DNA of 64,000 nucleotides, taken from NCBI GenBank assembly GCA_963827685.1, contig CAWHBU010000002.1:1-64000 (forward strand), read 5' to 3'. The notes beneath the pieces were generated by a model. The model made no database searches. It worked only from the letters and a program-made list of their open reading frames with translations, and was not told the DNA's origin. Position numbers and translations under genes: made by a program. This stretch comes from an uncultured delta proteobacterium. Lineage in GTDB: Bacteria; Desulfobacterota; BSN033; UBA1163. Below are positions 37,535-46,112 of this stretch, in pieces (position 1 is the stretch's first letter; every line of letters begins with the position of its first letter).

Positions 37535-39129
37535 CAGTCTGTTGAAAAACTAAGCATTTATCAGCAACCCTGAAGAAAATATTGAGTTCGAAACCTGAAA
37601 AGAGTCATCAAACCAAATAATTTAGAAAATGTCTTTGAAAGAAACGATTCCCCAAGCTGTTGGGCCACCTGGGCTTGCTTTGTGTATCCTCCTTTGGATA
37701 ACAGCTTTACCATCCTTTTTATATTCTGCGCTGTCGCCGTCATTAATACCTGTTCTCTGATAAACTTCCGCCTCCGGAATTTAGCCCTCCTCAGTCCCAT
37801 CCACTCCTTTGCTTCTCCAAATAGCTCCTCAATCCTCTTCCTCATCCTCTGCGATATCCGATAAGCCCTTGTTTGATTGATTTGCCTCGCTTGATTGATA
37901 AACTCCTCATAAATGTGATAACTGAGTGATCTGGACCTGTCCCTCGTACACTCCGCCTTCCTCGAACACACTTTGCAATCCTTCGCCCTCGCCCTATAGA
38001 CATGCTGCTTACTGGGTTTATGAATTCCCCAATATTTCAACTCCTTCCCCGACGGACAGAGAAACCGGTTTTCACCCGGATCAAAGCTAAATTGTTCTAT
38101 CGAGTAGATCCCTCGATCGTTTTGACTCCGAGAATCCATGATTGGAATGTGAGGCTGTACCTTCTCTTTGACCAGTGCATTGATAAATTCTCCCGTGGAG
38201 TACCCCTTATCTGCTCCTAAGCTCTCCGGCTTTATCCCAAAAGCAAATGGAATCCTTCGTATCTGCTTCAACGCCTTTTCGCAGTCAGTTTTCCGATCTG
38301 GTTTTCCCACATCCGCCCCTACGATGATCCGGCTCCGGTTGTCCATGATATAGGTCACTCCATGATAAAGTTGGGTGTTTGCTTTCAACGATTTCCTTGC
38401 CAGACGGGCATCCGGATCGGTCTTGGACCGATGAGTCCCATTGCTTATTTTCTGACCCCGATGGGGATAGTCGTCCCCAGGCTCCCAAGGCTCTTCTGTT
38501 ACAGGGTTTTCTCTCTCTAATTTCTCTATGTATTCTCCTGTCCCCATGGTCACCACTATTGGTTCTAGACTCTTTAAGGCCGCATTGGCTTGTACATAGG
38601 TGCTGTCCACCGTCAGATGCTTTCCTGTTAACAACCCCTGAGAGACACATTGATTCACAATCTCGTCAAAGATTCTCTGAAATAGATCGCTCTCTGAAAA
38701 CCGCTCATGCCGATTCTTGGAGAAGGTCGAATGATCTGGCACCTTGTCTTCAAGGTTCAAGCCCACAAACCACCTGTACCCAATGTGCATCTGTACTTCT
38801 TCGCATAGGCGACGCTCTGATGTGATTCCATACAGATACCCAATTAAAAGCATCCTGAGTAATACCTCCGGATCAATCGATGGACGCCCTGTATGACTGT
38901 ATAGATGCTTCACTTTGTCCCGAATGAATTTTAGATCGATATGTCTGTCGATCAATCTTAGAAGATGGTTCTCTGGAACGATATCTTCCATCCGGACATA
39001 GTAGAACATGCGCTCACTTCGTGGGTTTTCTCCTAACAATGGCTCCTCCTTTATTCAAAAGTTGCCATATTCTACCATTGTGATATATTAAAGCAAAGAA
39101 TTTATTGAATAGAGTTTTTCAACAGACTG
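37535..39129 (-). mobile_element. IS1182-family element type A, copy 3
   Basis: Type A IRs; TSD TTTA. Confidence 0.93.
37561..39039 (-). CDS. IS1182-family transposase (type A)
   Basis: Protein identical to 14228-15706. Confidence 0.93.
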   Translation of the reverse strand: MLGENPRSERMFYYVRMEDIVPENHLLRLIDRHIDLKFIRDKVKHLYSHTGRPSIDPEVLLRMLLIGYLYGITSERRLCEEVQMHIGYRWFVGLNLEDKVPDHSTFSKNRHERFSESDLFQRIFDEIVNQCVSQGLLTGKHLTVDSTYVQANAALKSLEPIVVTMGTGEYIEKLERENPVTEEPWEPGDDYPHRGQKISNGTHRSKTDPDARLARKSLKANTQLYHGVTYIMDNRSRIIVGADVGKPDRKTDCEKALKQIRRIPFAFGIKPESLGADKGYSTGEFINALVKEKVQPHIPIMDSRSQNDRGIYSIEQFSFDPGENRFLCPSGKELKYWGIHKPSKQHVYRARAKDCKVCSRKAECTRDRSRSLSYHIYEEFINQARQINQTRAYRISQRMRKRIEELFGEAKEWMGLRRAKFRRRKFIREQVLMTATAQNIKRMVKLLSKGGYTKQAQVAQQLGESFLSKTFSKLFGLMTLFRFRTQYFLQGC

Positions 39130-39281
39130 TTTATCCTCGACTTTGCCTATATTTCACGAAAGCTTCCTCCTGACCCCAGGCTTTTTCCATGAAAACGAAG
39201 AAATATCTACACACCCACCCTGCGGATTCTGATTGAAATATACATATTTTGTGAAAATTGGTCAACCGAAACCTTCAGAAA

Positions 39282-40712
39282 TGTCAAGCCAAATTAGAAA
39301 TGTCCTATTCTTACCAAAGTAGAAATGTCCTGTTTTCAGGGTTGAGATTCAATGGGTCTTCCTCGTTCATAACGATGTTTACCAAACTTGAATCCCCTCC
39401 AGGGATGGTTCGTTGGGGGAGTGGATGATTTTCTCATTCTCACAACAGGCGAAGGTCTTTTCTCTGTGATCGGTCTTTCGGTGATTTCCCTGAATCTCAG
39501 GGCGCGGTTTTTATGGGTGATGCGTATGGAACCATCCATTCGATCTTGAACCATCACCTTCGAAGTATTGACCTTATCCTCAACCTGATAGAGCTTACGA
39601 TTGTGCGCCACGGTGAAGTCATTTCGCAGCGTCCTCTCTGTCTTGATACATAAAATTGCATCCAGATCCAACCCCCTCCCTAAGGGTCTGTGTAGATCGT
39701 CTCTCTCCTTAGGACTCACAGAGAACCTCCGGTTATAAATAGGAAGATACTCCTCTAAGAAAGCATTGGCTTCTTCGAGAGTCCTGATTCCTCTTAAACG
39801 CATCTCCTTGACCAGCCGGTCTTGAAGCGTCCCGAAAAGTCGCTCGATCCGACCCTTGGCCTGCGGTGAGTTCGCATGCACAACCTCCACCCCAAGCTCT
39901 CTTAAGGCCCTCTCAAAGTCGCTTAACGGCTCCTCATCATTCAACTCATCCTCGAGGGTAGGTTTCGCCGTCGATTTATACGTCTTATATCGATCCAAAT
40001 AAACGCTCAACGGTAACCCATACTTCTTGATATACCGCTTGAAACTGTCCATCGCAGGAATCGTCCCTTCATAGTCGTAAAATCTCCCAAACACTCTCCC
40101 GGTGGCATCGTCAATGTAGCCCATCAAAACACACCACGGCCCTCTCCCTTCAAACCAGTCGTGATGAGAACCATCCATCTGGACCATCTCTCCATCATGG
40201 TGCTTCCGCTCCCTCCACTGACGATGTCTCCTACGTCTCCGGGTCTTCCTCCAATCCCCCGTCCCAATAAGCCACATCCGCAAGGTCTCGTCATTGATCC
40301 GAATCCCATTTCTCTCCAGAAGCTTCTCCGAGGCCAGCGTCGGACCAAAATCTTTGTACTGCGTCCGGTAGAGGTTGATGACCCTTTCTTTAATCTTATG
40401 GGATATCCTCCGGCTTGATGGCCTCCCTCTCGATCTGTGGATGATCCCTCTGCTCCCTTCACTCCTTATTCGCTTAACGATCCTTCGAATCTGCCTCCCA
40501 CTGAGCGACAGGATCTCCGCTGCCTCTACCTGCTTGACAATCCCCTCCAGAACCTTCTCAATGACGTGCAATCGCTTTAATTCTCCTTGACGTGCCATGG
40601 ATCATGTCCTCTTCTGCCATCATGCCCTCCTCCAAAAAAAGGGCATTGTAGCATGCCTCAAAGAGGACATTTCTATTTTGGCCAATTAGGACATTATCAT
40701 TTTGGGATTACA
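39282..40712 (-). mobile_element. IS1202-family (ISNCY) element
   Basis: TGT...ACA ends, each with doubled AATGTCCT motifs; no TSD evident. Confidence 0.82.
39336..40598 (-). CDS. IS1202-family transposase; natural start probably 40620, with a 1-bp indel
   Basis: YKDFGPTLASEKL, GEMVQMDGSHHDWFE, IDDATG, YLDR, ANSPQAKGRIERLFGTLQDRL; upstream GGAGG-MAEEDMI is out of frame by 1. Confidence 0.85.
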   Translation of the reverse strand: MARQGELKRLHVIEKVLEGIVKQVEAAEILSLSGRQIRRIVKRIRSEGSRGIIHRSRGRPSSRRISHKIKERVINLYRTQYKDFGPTLASEKLLERNGIRINDETLRMWLIGTGDWRKTRRRRRHRQWRERKHHDGEMVQMDGSHHDWFEGRGPWCVLMGYIDDATGRVFGRFYDYEGTIPAMDSFKRYIKKYGLPLSVYLDRYKTYKSTAKPTLEDELNDEEPLSDFERALRELGVEVVHANSPQAKGRIERLFGTLQDRLVKEMRLRGIRTLEEANAFLEEYLPIYNRRFSVSPKERDDLHRPLGRGLDLDAILCIKTERTLRNDFTVAHNRKLYQVEDKVNTSKVMVQDRMDGSIRITHKNRALRFREITERPITEKRPSPVVRMRKSSTPPTNHPWRGFKFGKHRYERGRPIESQP

Positions 40713-40774
40713 ATCTCGATAACAGGAAGAAAGAGTTAAGATAGGGGCTGCCTCTTTAACCTACAAATTTTGGA

Positions 40775-40925
40775 GATCAATCTCCTTCGCTCCTGGCTCA
40801 CCGATCTGTCACCCACTCGGAAAAGCTCTCCTATCCCCCGCCTCTCAATCCTCCTGCCCGGTATTGTAACCCATACCCGTCTGACGAAGAACCCGTTTCT
40901 CCTCCGAAGCGGTCTTGCCTTTTCA
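40775..40925 (-). pseudogene. Remnant of a RAYT-like gene 3' end (DnaA-C-like HTH), copy 1
   Basis: Broken frame RQTGM..YRAGGLRGG.IGELFRVGDRSVSQERRRL; shares tcaatctccttcgctcct..ctcaccgatctg with 43043 and 45947. Confidence 0.5.
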
Positions 40926-41113
40926 GGGATTTAGCATATTCTTATATGACTTATCAACAACGAAGAATTGCCCCCATTGACCTACTCAAAGGTATTGTCT
41001 ACCTATTTTTTATGGCGGAACTTCAGAAGGCATTTTAATCCTGAAGAAGATGATTTTCATTGCAAAAATCCTCGCTTTAAAGGAAAATGAAGAAAAATAA
41101 AGGAGGTTTTGCT

Positions 41114-42853
41114 ATGCTTTTGACAAGCCGACGGAAATTTCTCAAAATATCCGGTCTTGCCTTCGCCTCGATCATTACCGGGGAGACGCGAATAGAGGCC
41201 GCAATGGAGACGGCGGACCTTGTCCTCACAAAAGGAAAACTCATCACAGTCGACATGAAAGATTCCATCGCTCAGGCCGTTGCTGTCAGAAACGGACGCA
41301 TCCTCGATGTCGGAAGCAATGAAGCTATCCGACAATATATCGGTCATGAAACAAACGTCGTTGATCTTCACGGAAGGACAGTCACTCCCGGCCTGATCGA
41401 TTCCCACGCCCATCTGCCTGTCTTTGGCCTTCGGGAAAACGGTGCCTGGGTGAACCTTCAATCCTCGGAATCAAAAGAGGAGATTCTCGACGCAATTGCA
41501 GCCCGGGCAAAGCGACTCCCAAGCGGAGAATGGATCTACGCCTGGGGCATACAAGACATCACCTTTTCGTTCATGGACCGGCACGACCTCGACCGGGTAA
41601 GCCGGGATCATCCGATCCTTGCCGTACACACAAGTGGGCAGTGGGGCTTTGCAAACACACTTGCTTTGCAGCTTTCCGGCATTGACAGAAACACGCCGGA
41701 CCCTGCAGGCGCGAAAATCGGAAAGGACAGTGGAGGAAGCCCTACAGGCCTTCTCGTCCATTATCCCGCGCTCTATCTCGTGAGAAGGAAACTCCCGGTC
41801 CCCTCATATGAAAGGTACGCAGAGGCCCTTTCATTCGCGGCGAATCTCTATGCTGCAGAAGGCGTTACAACCGTGCACGACAATTTCTTTTTTGTTACGG
41901 AGATCTCTTCGACAAATCCTGCTGAGGCTTACCTCAACAGCCTTGAATCCAATAAGATACCCATCAGGGTGAAGCTGTGGCCGTATATACCCAATGTCCG
42001 GGAAGCGCGTCTTGTAGCAAAAGAGCTTTTTTCAAACAGAGACCCCGATCCGAATTCGGATTACAGGGCTCTCGCGCTCTGCAAAAAGGAAAAGGCGTCG
42101 TTCTTCTTCAATGTCTGGGGAGGCTGGAAGATAGCAGCCGATGGGGGCGGGCCTTCAGCACTCTACTACCGGAACCCCTTTGGCCTGCCCATGCATAGTG
42201 AAAACGAATTTCATGAAATGGTGAGCATTTTCCATAAGACAGGACAACAGATCAGTGTTCACGCCGTAGGTGATAAGGCCGTCGATCTCACCCTTTCGGC
42301 ATTTCTTCAGGCATTGAAGGAAGAGCCACGCAGGGACCACCGCCACCGTATTGAGCATGCCCTTTCACCGACGATCAAGGCAAGGGATCTCATTGCAAAA
42401 AGCGGCGTTGTCGTCTCAACCCATCCGCAGTGGATCTACAAGTGGTTCGACAGAGCGCGCCTTCTTCAGTACCTCGACGGAGAAAGAGGTGCGGTCCCTC
42501 TTAAATCCTATCTCGACAGAACCATTCCCGTGGCATTCGGTGCCGACCCTCCGGCTTTTCCCCTCTACAAACCCCAGGTGGCCCTCTGGCAGGCAACGGC
42601 CCGGGTTACGGAAAAGGGTCACCGATTAAGCTCATCGGAATCGATACCTACTAAAAAAGCTCTGAGATGTCAGACGATGGGAAGCGCGTATGCAGGCTTC
42701 CAGGAAAGGGAAATTGGCTCTATCGAAAAGGGAAAGCTCGCTGACCTCGTCGTCTGGGACAAAGACATCCATGCTGTCCAGGTCGATGAGATAAGAGACC
42801 TAAAAGCAGAAGCAACCATTGTTGGCGGCAAGGTCATTTACGGAAAGCTTTGA
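41114..42853 (+). CDS. Tat-exported amidohydrolase (Amidohydro_3/YtcJ-like)
   Basis: SRRKFLK Tat motif; PGLIDSHAH, KIAADG, VHAVGD, HRIEH, FGAD, GSIEKGKLADLVV. Confidence 0.88.
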   Translation: MLLTSRRKFLKISGLAFASIITGETRIEAAMETADLVLTKGKLITVDMKDSIAQAVAVRNGRILDVGSNEAIRQYIGHETNVVDLHGRTVTPGLIDSHAHLPVFGLRENGAWVNLQSSESKEEILDAIAARAKRLPSGEWIYAWGIQDITFSFMDRHDLDRVSRDHPILAVHTSGQWGFANTLALQLSGIDRNTPDPAGAKIGKDSGGSPTGLLVHYPALYLVRRKLPVPSYERYAEALSFAANLYAAEGVTTVHDNFFFVTEISSTNPAEAYLNSLESNKIPIRVKLWPYIPNVREARLVAKELFSNRDPDPNSDYRALALCKKEKASFFFNVWGGWKIAADGGGPSALYYRNPFGLPMHSENEFHEMVSIFHKTGQQISVHAVGDKAVDLTLSAFLQALKEEPRRDHRHRIEHALSPTIKARDLIAKSGVVVSTHPQWIYKWFDRARLLQYLDGERGAVPLKSYLDRTIPVAFGADPPAFPLYKPQVALWQATARVTEKGHRLSSSESIPTKKALRCQTMGSAYAGFQEREIGSIEKGKLADLVVWDKDIHAVQVDEIRDLKAEATIVGGKVIYGKL

Positions 42854-42873
42854 GTATTGGGGGCAGGCCTTGA

Positions 42874-42932
42874 CGGGCTGTTGAAAAAGGCAAAATTACT
42901 CAAACTGTCATGCCGAACTCGTTTCGGCATCT
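42874..42932 (+). mobile_element. Orphan IS1182-type end followed by a TGTC-type palindrome (MITE fragment)
   Basis: gggggcaggccttga|cgggctgttgaaaaag...tgtcatgccgaactcgtttcggcatct. Confidence 0.5.
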
Positions 42933-42960
42933 AATAGAAATCAGGGTGAAGGGAAGGCCA

Positions 42961-43075
42961 GGGGGTCAATTCTTCAATCATTCCATTTTCCAAGAAGGCC
43001 TTTGAATAAATCCTGAGCATTTCGATCATCGCTCAGCCGATCTCAATCTCCTTCGCTCCTTGCTCACCGATCTGG
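42961..43075 (-). pseudogene. RAYT-like 3' remnant, copy 2, ending in ...GACCCC
   Basis: Aligns with 45865-45986; the minus strand ends gaagaattgacccc. Confidence 0.5.
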
Positions 43076-43349
43076 AGGGAAGTCAAGGGGGGCGTTCGTG
43101 CGGGGCGTGCCCAGCGATCTTGATCTCTTAATCTAACCTCTTCCGGTAACTGCCTCCCGTCCCAATCTTTGTCCTCCAAGAACCAGCCACCCCAAGGCTC
43201 TGTGAAGCTCGCTCTTCATGAACATCCCCTATTTTTTACTTGGATTAAGAGAGATCGGGCGTTTGAAATAGACTTCCTGAGGGGGTCGGTTTCCCAAAAA
43301 GGTATGCATCCTCTCCCTGCTATAAAATAGAAAGTACCTTGTTAGGCTG

Positions 43350-43787
43350 TCACGAACCTCCAAGATATGCATCCCGCACCTCTTCGTTGTCCTTCATCTC
43401 TTCCAGGCTTTCCTGAATGATCGTTCGTCCCTGGCGCATTATGGAATGAACCAACGGGAGACTTTCGATTCCACCTTTCGAAGGAGAAGGTGGGACAAGG
43501 AACTTGAATAGCCCCGACAACAAGAAGGGGTCACTTTGATTCCCCACATCGTCTCTGGATGTAATCCCAATGTGGTATGTTCCTGGTTCCTTGGGGAATT
43601 CAGGCCACTCATCTGGGACGATCAACTCCGTCTTCCCGATGACTGGCTTGGAAAGGATGTCAGGTGTATTCTCCCACAAGAACTTGGCGGGATCATGAAT
43701 TTTGCCATCTTTGCTGACATACACCACATAGCTTGTAGCTTCGGGAACAGGTCCCCACCAAATGCGTCTTTTATGAATTAATGGCAT
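43350..43787 (-). CDS. Hypothetical protein, FN3/Ig-like pattern
   Basis: WGPVPEATSYVVY...GTYHIGITSRDDVGNQSDP; AGGAG RBS. Confidence 0.55.
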   Translation of the reverse strand: MPLIHKRRIWWGPVPEATSYVVYVSKDGKIHDPAKFLWENTPDILSKPVIGKTELIVPDEWPEFPKEPGTYHIGITSRDDVGNQSDPFLLSGLFKFLVPPSPSKGGIESLPLVHSIMRQGRTIIQESLEEMKDNEEVRDAYLGGS

Positions 43788-43937
43788 GGGTTCTCCTTTC
43801 TAACCCATCCCACCCATCTCTGCTTTCCCAGCAAAGCCGGGGTTGGGCGGGGATGGTATCACTTTGGGGGAAGGTCGGGCCTTCACGTTCCAGAGTCCAG
43901 GATACTTGAGGATCTTTTGCACGGATCCTCTATTTGG

Positions 43938-45071
43938 TTAGATTTCCATTACGGAGTCGAAACTTCCGAATGTGTTTATCTCACGTGCCTGATTCTTCCA
44001 GTCTACCGTCCACTCACCGTCAACAACAAATTTGTATCGGTACCTGCCGTGAGGTAACCTCATCCGCTTCTCCCAGAACCCGTTTTCGCCGCGGGCAAGC
44101 CTGCTCCCATCGTTTATCTGCCAATCGTTAAAGTCACCGGCGACGTAGATGTCTTTCGCTGCCGATGATTCCATAGCGAATGTCACTTCCTTTATATCCG
44201 GCTCGAATGATGTTTCGATCGCTTCTTGTGTGGACAAGACATTTTCCCGTTTTTCGGGAACCTGAACGGACATGGATGACGCGATCGGTTTCTCAGGATC
44301 CTCTACACCGTCCAGCCTCAGGGTCTCATAGCAAAGCGCCGTGTAGTCCTTGGCACCGTTCGATGTCTTATCGAAATCAATGACGGAGACACCTTCGGAT
44401 ACCGCTCGTTTGAGTGCAACATTGAGTCGTATGACGGTCTGAAACATTCGATCTCCAAAGAAGGCCTTTAATTCATCGAGCACCGACTGCGAATATGTGG
44501 TTCGCATGTCGAAAAGGGTGGCGAGTGCATTCGGCCGAGGAGCGTGTCCGATCTTCGTCTTGATGAGTTCGACCATTCCCAGGAGCTTACCGACGCCCAT
44601 AAGAGTAAAGGCGCTCATATCGATGGGGACGATGACCTGGTCAGCGGCTCTCAGGGCATTGAAGGTGAGGAAGCCGAGGCTGGGCGGACAATCAATAATG
44701 ATGTATTCGTACGGTGACGGGTAGGAGGACAATACTCTGTAAAGTTCTGAGACCGCATCGTCTTTACCTTTGAACTCCTGCTCCAGGGTGCTCAGCTGGA
44801 TATTTGATGGCACGATGTCAAAGTTCCGGGAGACATTTGCTATGCAACTGTCCAATGACCGCCTCTTCTCGGGATTGTCCGTCAAGACGTAGTAAATGGA
44901 TTTGTCTGTTGGCAGGTTACTTGCCCTTAAACCAAAGGATGCATGAGCCTGAGGGTCCAGATCGATAAGGAGAGTCCTTCTTCCGGTAGCGGCTAAGGCG
45001 GCGCTTACATTTATGGCGGTTGTCGTCTTACCGCATCCACCTTTCTGATTTGCTATGGCAATCATCTTCAT
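43938..45071 (-). CDS. ParA/Soj-family ATPase with a C-terminal CBM48/AMPK-type glycogen-binding domain
   Basis: NQKGGCGKTT, IDLDPQ, IDCPPSLG; tail VAGDFNDW...GRYRYKFVVDGEW...NTFGSFDS. Confidence 0.85.
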   Translation of the reverse strand: MKMIAIANQKGGCGKTTTAINVSAALAATGRRTLLIDLDPQAHASFGLRASNLPTDKSIYYVLTDNPEKRRSLDSCIANVSRNFDIVPSNIQLSTLEQEFKGKDDAVSELYRVLSSYPSPYEYIIIDCPPSLGFLTFNALRAADQVIVPIDMSAFTLMGVGKLLGMVELIKTKIGHAPRPNALATLFDMRTTYSQSVLDELKAFFGDRMFQTVIRLNVALKRAVSEGVSVIDFDKTSNGAKDYTALCYETLRLDGVEDPEKPIASSMSVQVPEKRENVLSTQEAIETSFEPDIKEVTFAMESSAAKDIYVAGDFNDWQINDGSRLARGENGFWEKRMRLPHGRYRYKFVVDGEWTVDWKNQAREINTFGSFDSVMEI

Positions 45072-45379
45072 ACCTCATCCCTCCTTTTCATTCGAAGCTA
45101 CGGCAGACACATACTCTTACATTCCAGGACGAGCGAATATCTTCGTCGCCCTCTTCAGAATAACCATTTCCAATTTGAATCAACGCTATTCTTGGCAACT
45201 CGTACCGCTGTATGGTCCGTTTTTTGTCTGTAATGTGTCTCAATGGGCGGTGTTCTGGGGAGGGGGATACGCGACGGAGGGTTAACGGTGTTATCCCTCC
45301 CTGGTGCATTCTTTTTGGTGTGACGTTTGTCTCGCCCATTTAGCGACTGGCGTCACCGTCTTTTTTCAGAACTAATTAC

Positions 45380-45734
45380 GACCGTCCCGATGTCAATTGA
45401 ACAAAGACCACTGGTTACAAGTAACGATCTTTAATTCTGTATCGTCGATAGATGACGATATCTGTAAAAATGGGCGTTTTTTGAAAAGAATCAGACTCAA
45501 AATCTCTCGAATTGTATAAAGGCTTATACCCAGATTCAGATGTTTCTTGAGAATAGCGACCAGGACATTGACGGCGATTGCAATCCAGATATAAGTCATT
45601 ACCGCCTTTTCGGTTATGCCAAAAAGGCCTTGATTCGTAAACGCTGCATGACTGGTTTGAAAAAATTCCACCTGCCAGCGGCGGCGCAAAAGTTCGGCAC
45701 TCGTCAGTGCCTCAAAAAGCCCTTTTAATAACAC
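45380..45734 (-). pseudogene. IS4-family transposase C-terminal remnant
   Basis: AELLRRRWQVEFF...FGITEKAVMTYIWIAIAVNVLVAILKKHLNL.ISLYTI.EILSL, a decayed IS4 C-terminus. Confidence 0.65.
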
Positions 45735-45864
45735 AAAATATGGTATTAATCAGGTTCTTTACCACAAAATGGCTATTAGTCAATAGAAAAATTGGCTTGT
45801 GTGAAAATTATCTTTTAATTTTATAGAATTACCTGGCGTTTAAGCCCCAGGAGGAAAAGCCAAG

Positions 45865-45986
45865 GGGAAAATCCTTGAATCGTTACATTTCCCAAGAAAC
45901 CCTTTGAACAACTTCTGAGCATTTCGATCAATGCTCAGCCGATCCCTCAATCTCCTTCGCTCCTGGCCCACCGATCTGTAACCCAC
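45865..45986 (-). pseudogene. RAYT-like 3' remnant, copy 3
   Basis: VGYRSVGQERRRLRDRLSIDRNAQKLFKGFLGKCND. Confidence 0.5.
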
Positions 45987-46112
45987 GTTCAGCATATTGT
46001 CATATGGCTTATCAGCGGTGAGGAATTGACCTATTTTTCTTTCTTAAATACTTTGTTAGGATTGCCTGACCCCCTCCGTCATATTTTATAGCTGTCAGGT
46101 TGGTAGTAAGAA

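Larger units (their letters stand above)
37520..40764 (-). repeat. Dispersed repeat copy 7, split by IS1182-A and the IS1202-like element (pieces 37520-37534, 39130-39281, ~40723-40764)
   Basis: ggggtcgaatcttta|IS|tttatcctcgactttgcc...ttcagaaa|IS|...caggaagaaagagttaagataggggctg...acctac. Confidence 0.82.

Noticed and set aside
39235-39281. dif/xrs site next to the IS1202-like element
   Set aside because: No XerD arm (TTATGTTAAAT-like) at the correct 6-bp spacing on either flank.
13354-40764. Dispersed repeat as a CRISPR array or canonical integron attC array
   Set aside because: Units are ~200 bp, kilobases apart and not palindromic overall; there are no RYYYAAC/GTTRRRY ends, and no cas or intI gene in the window.
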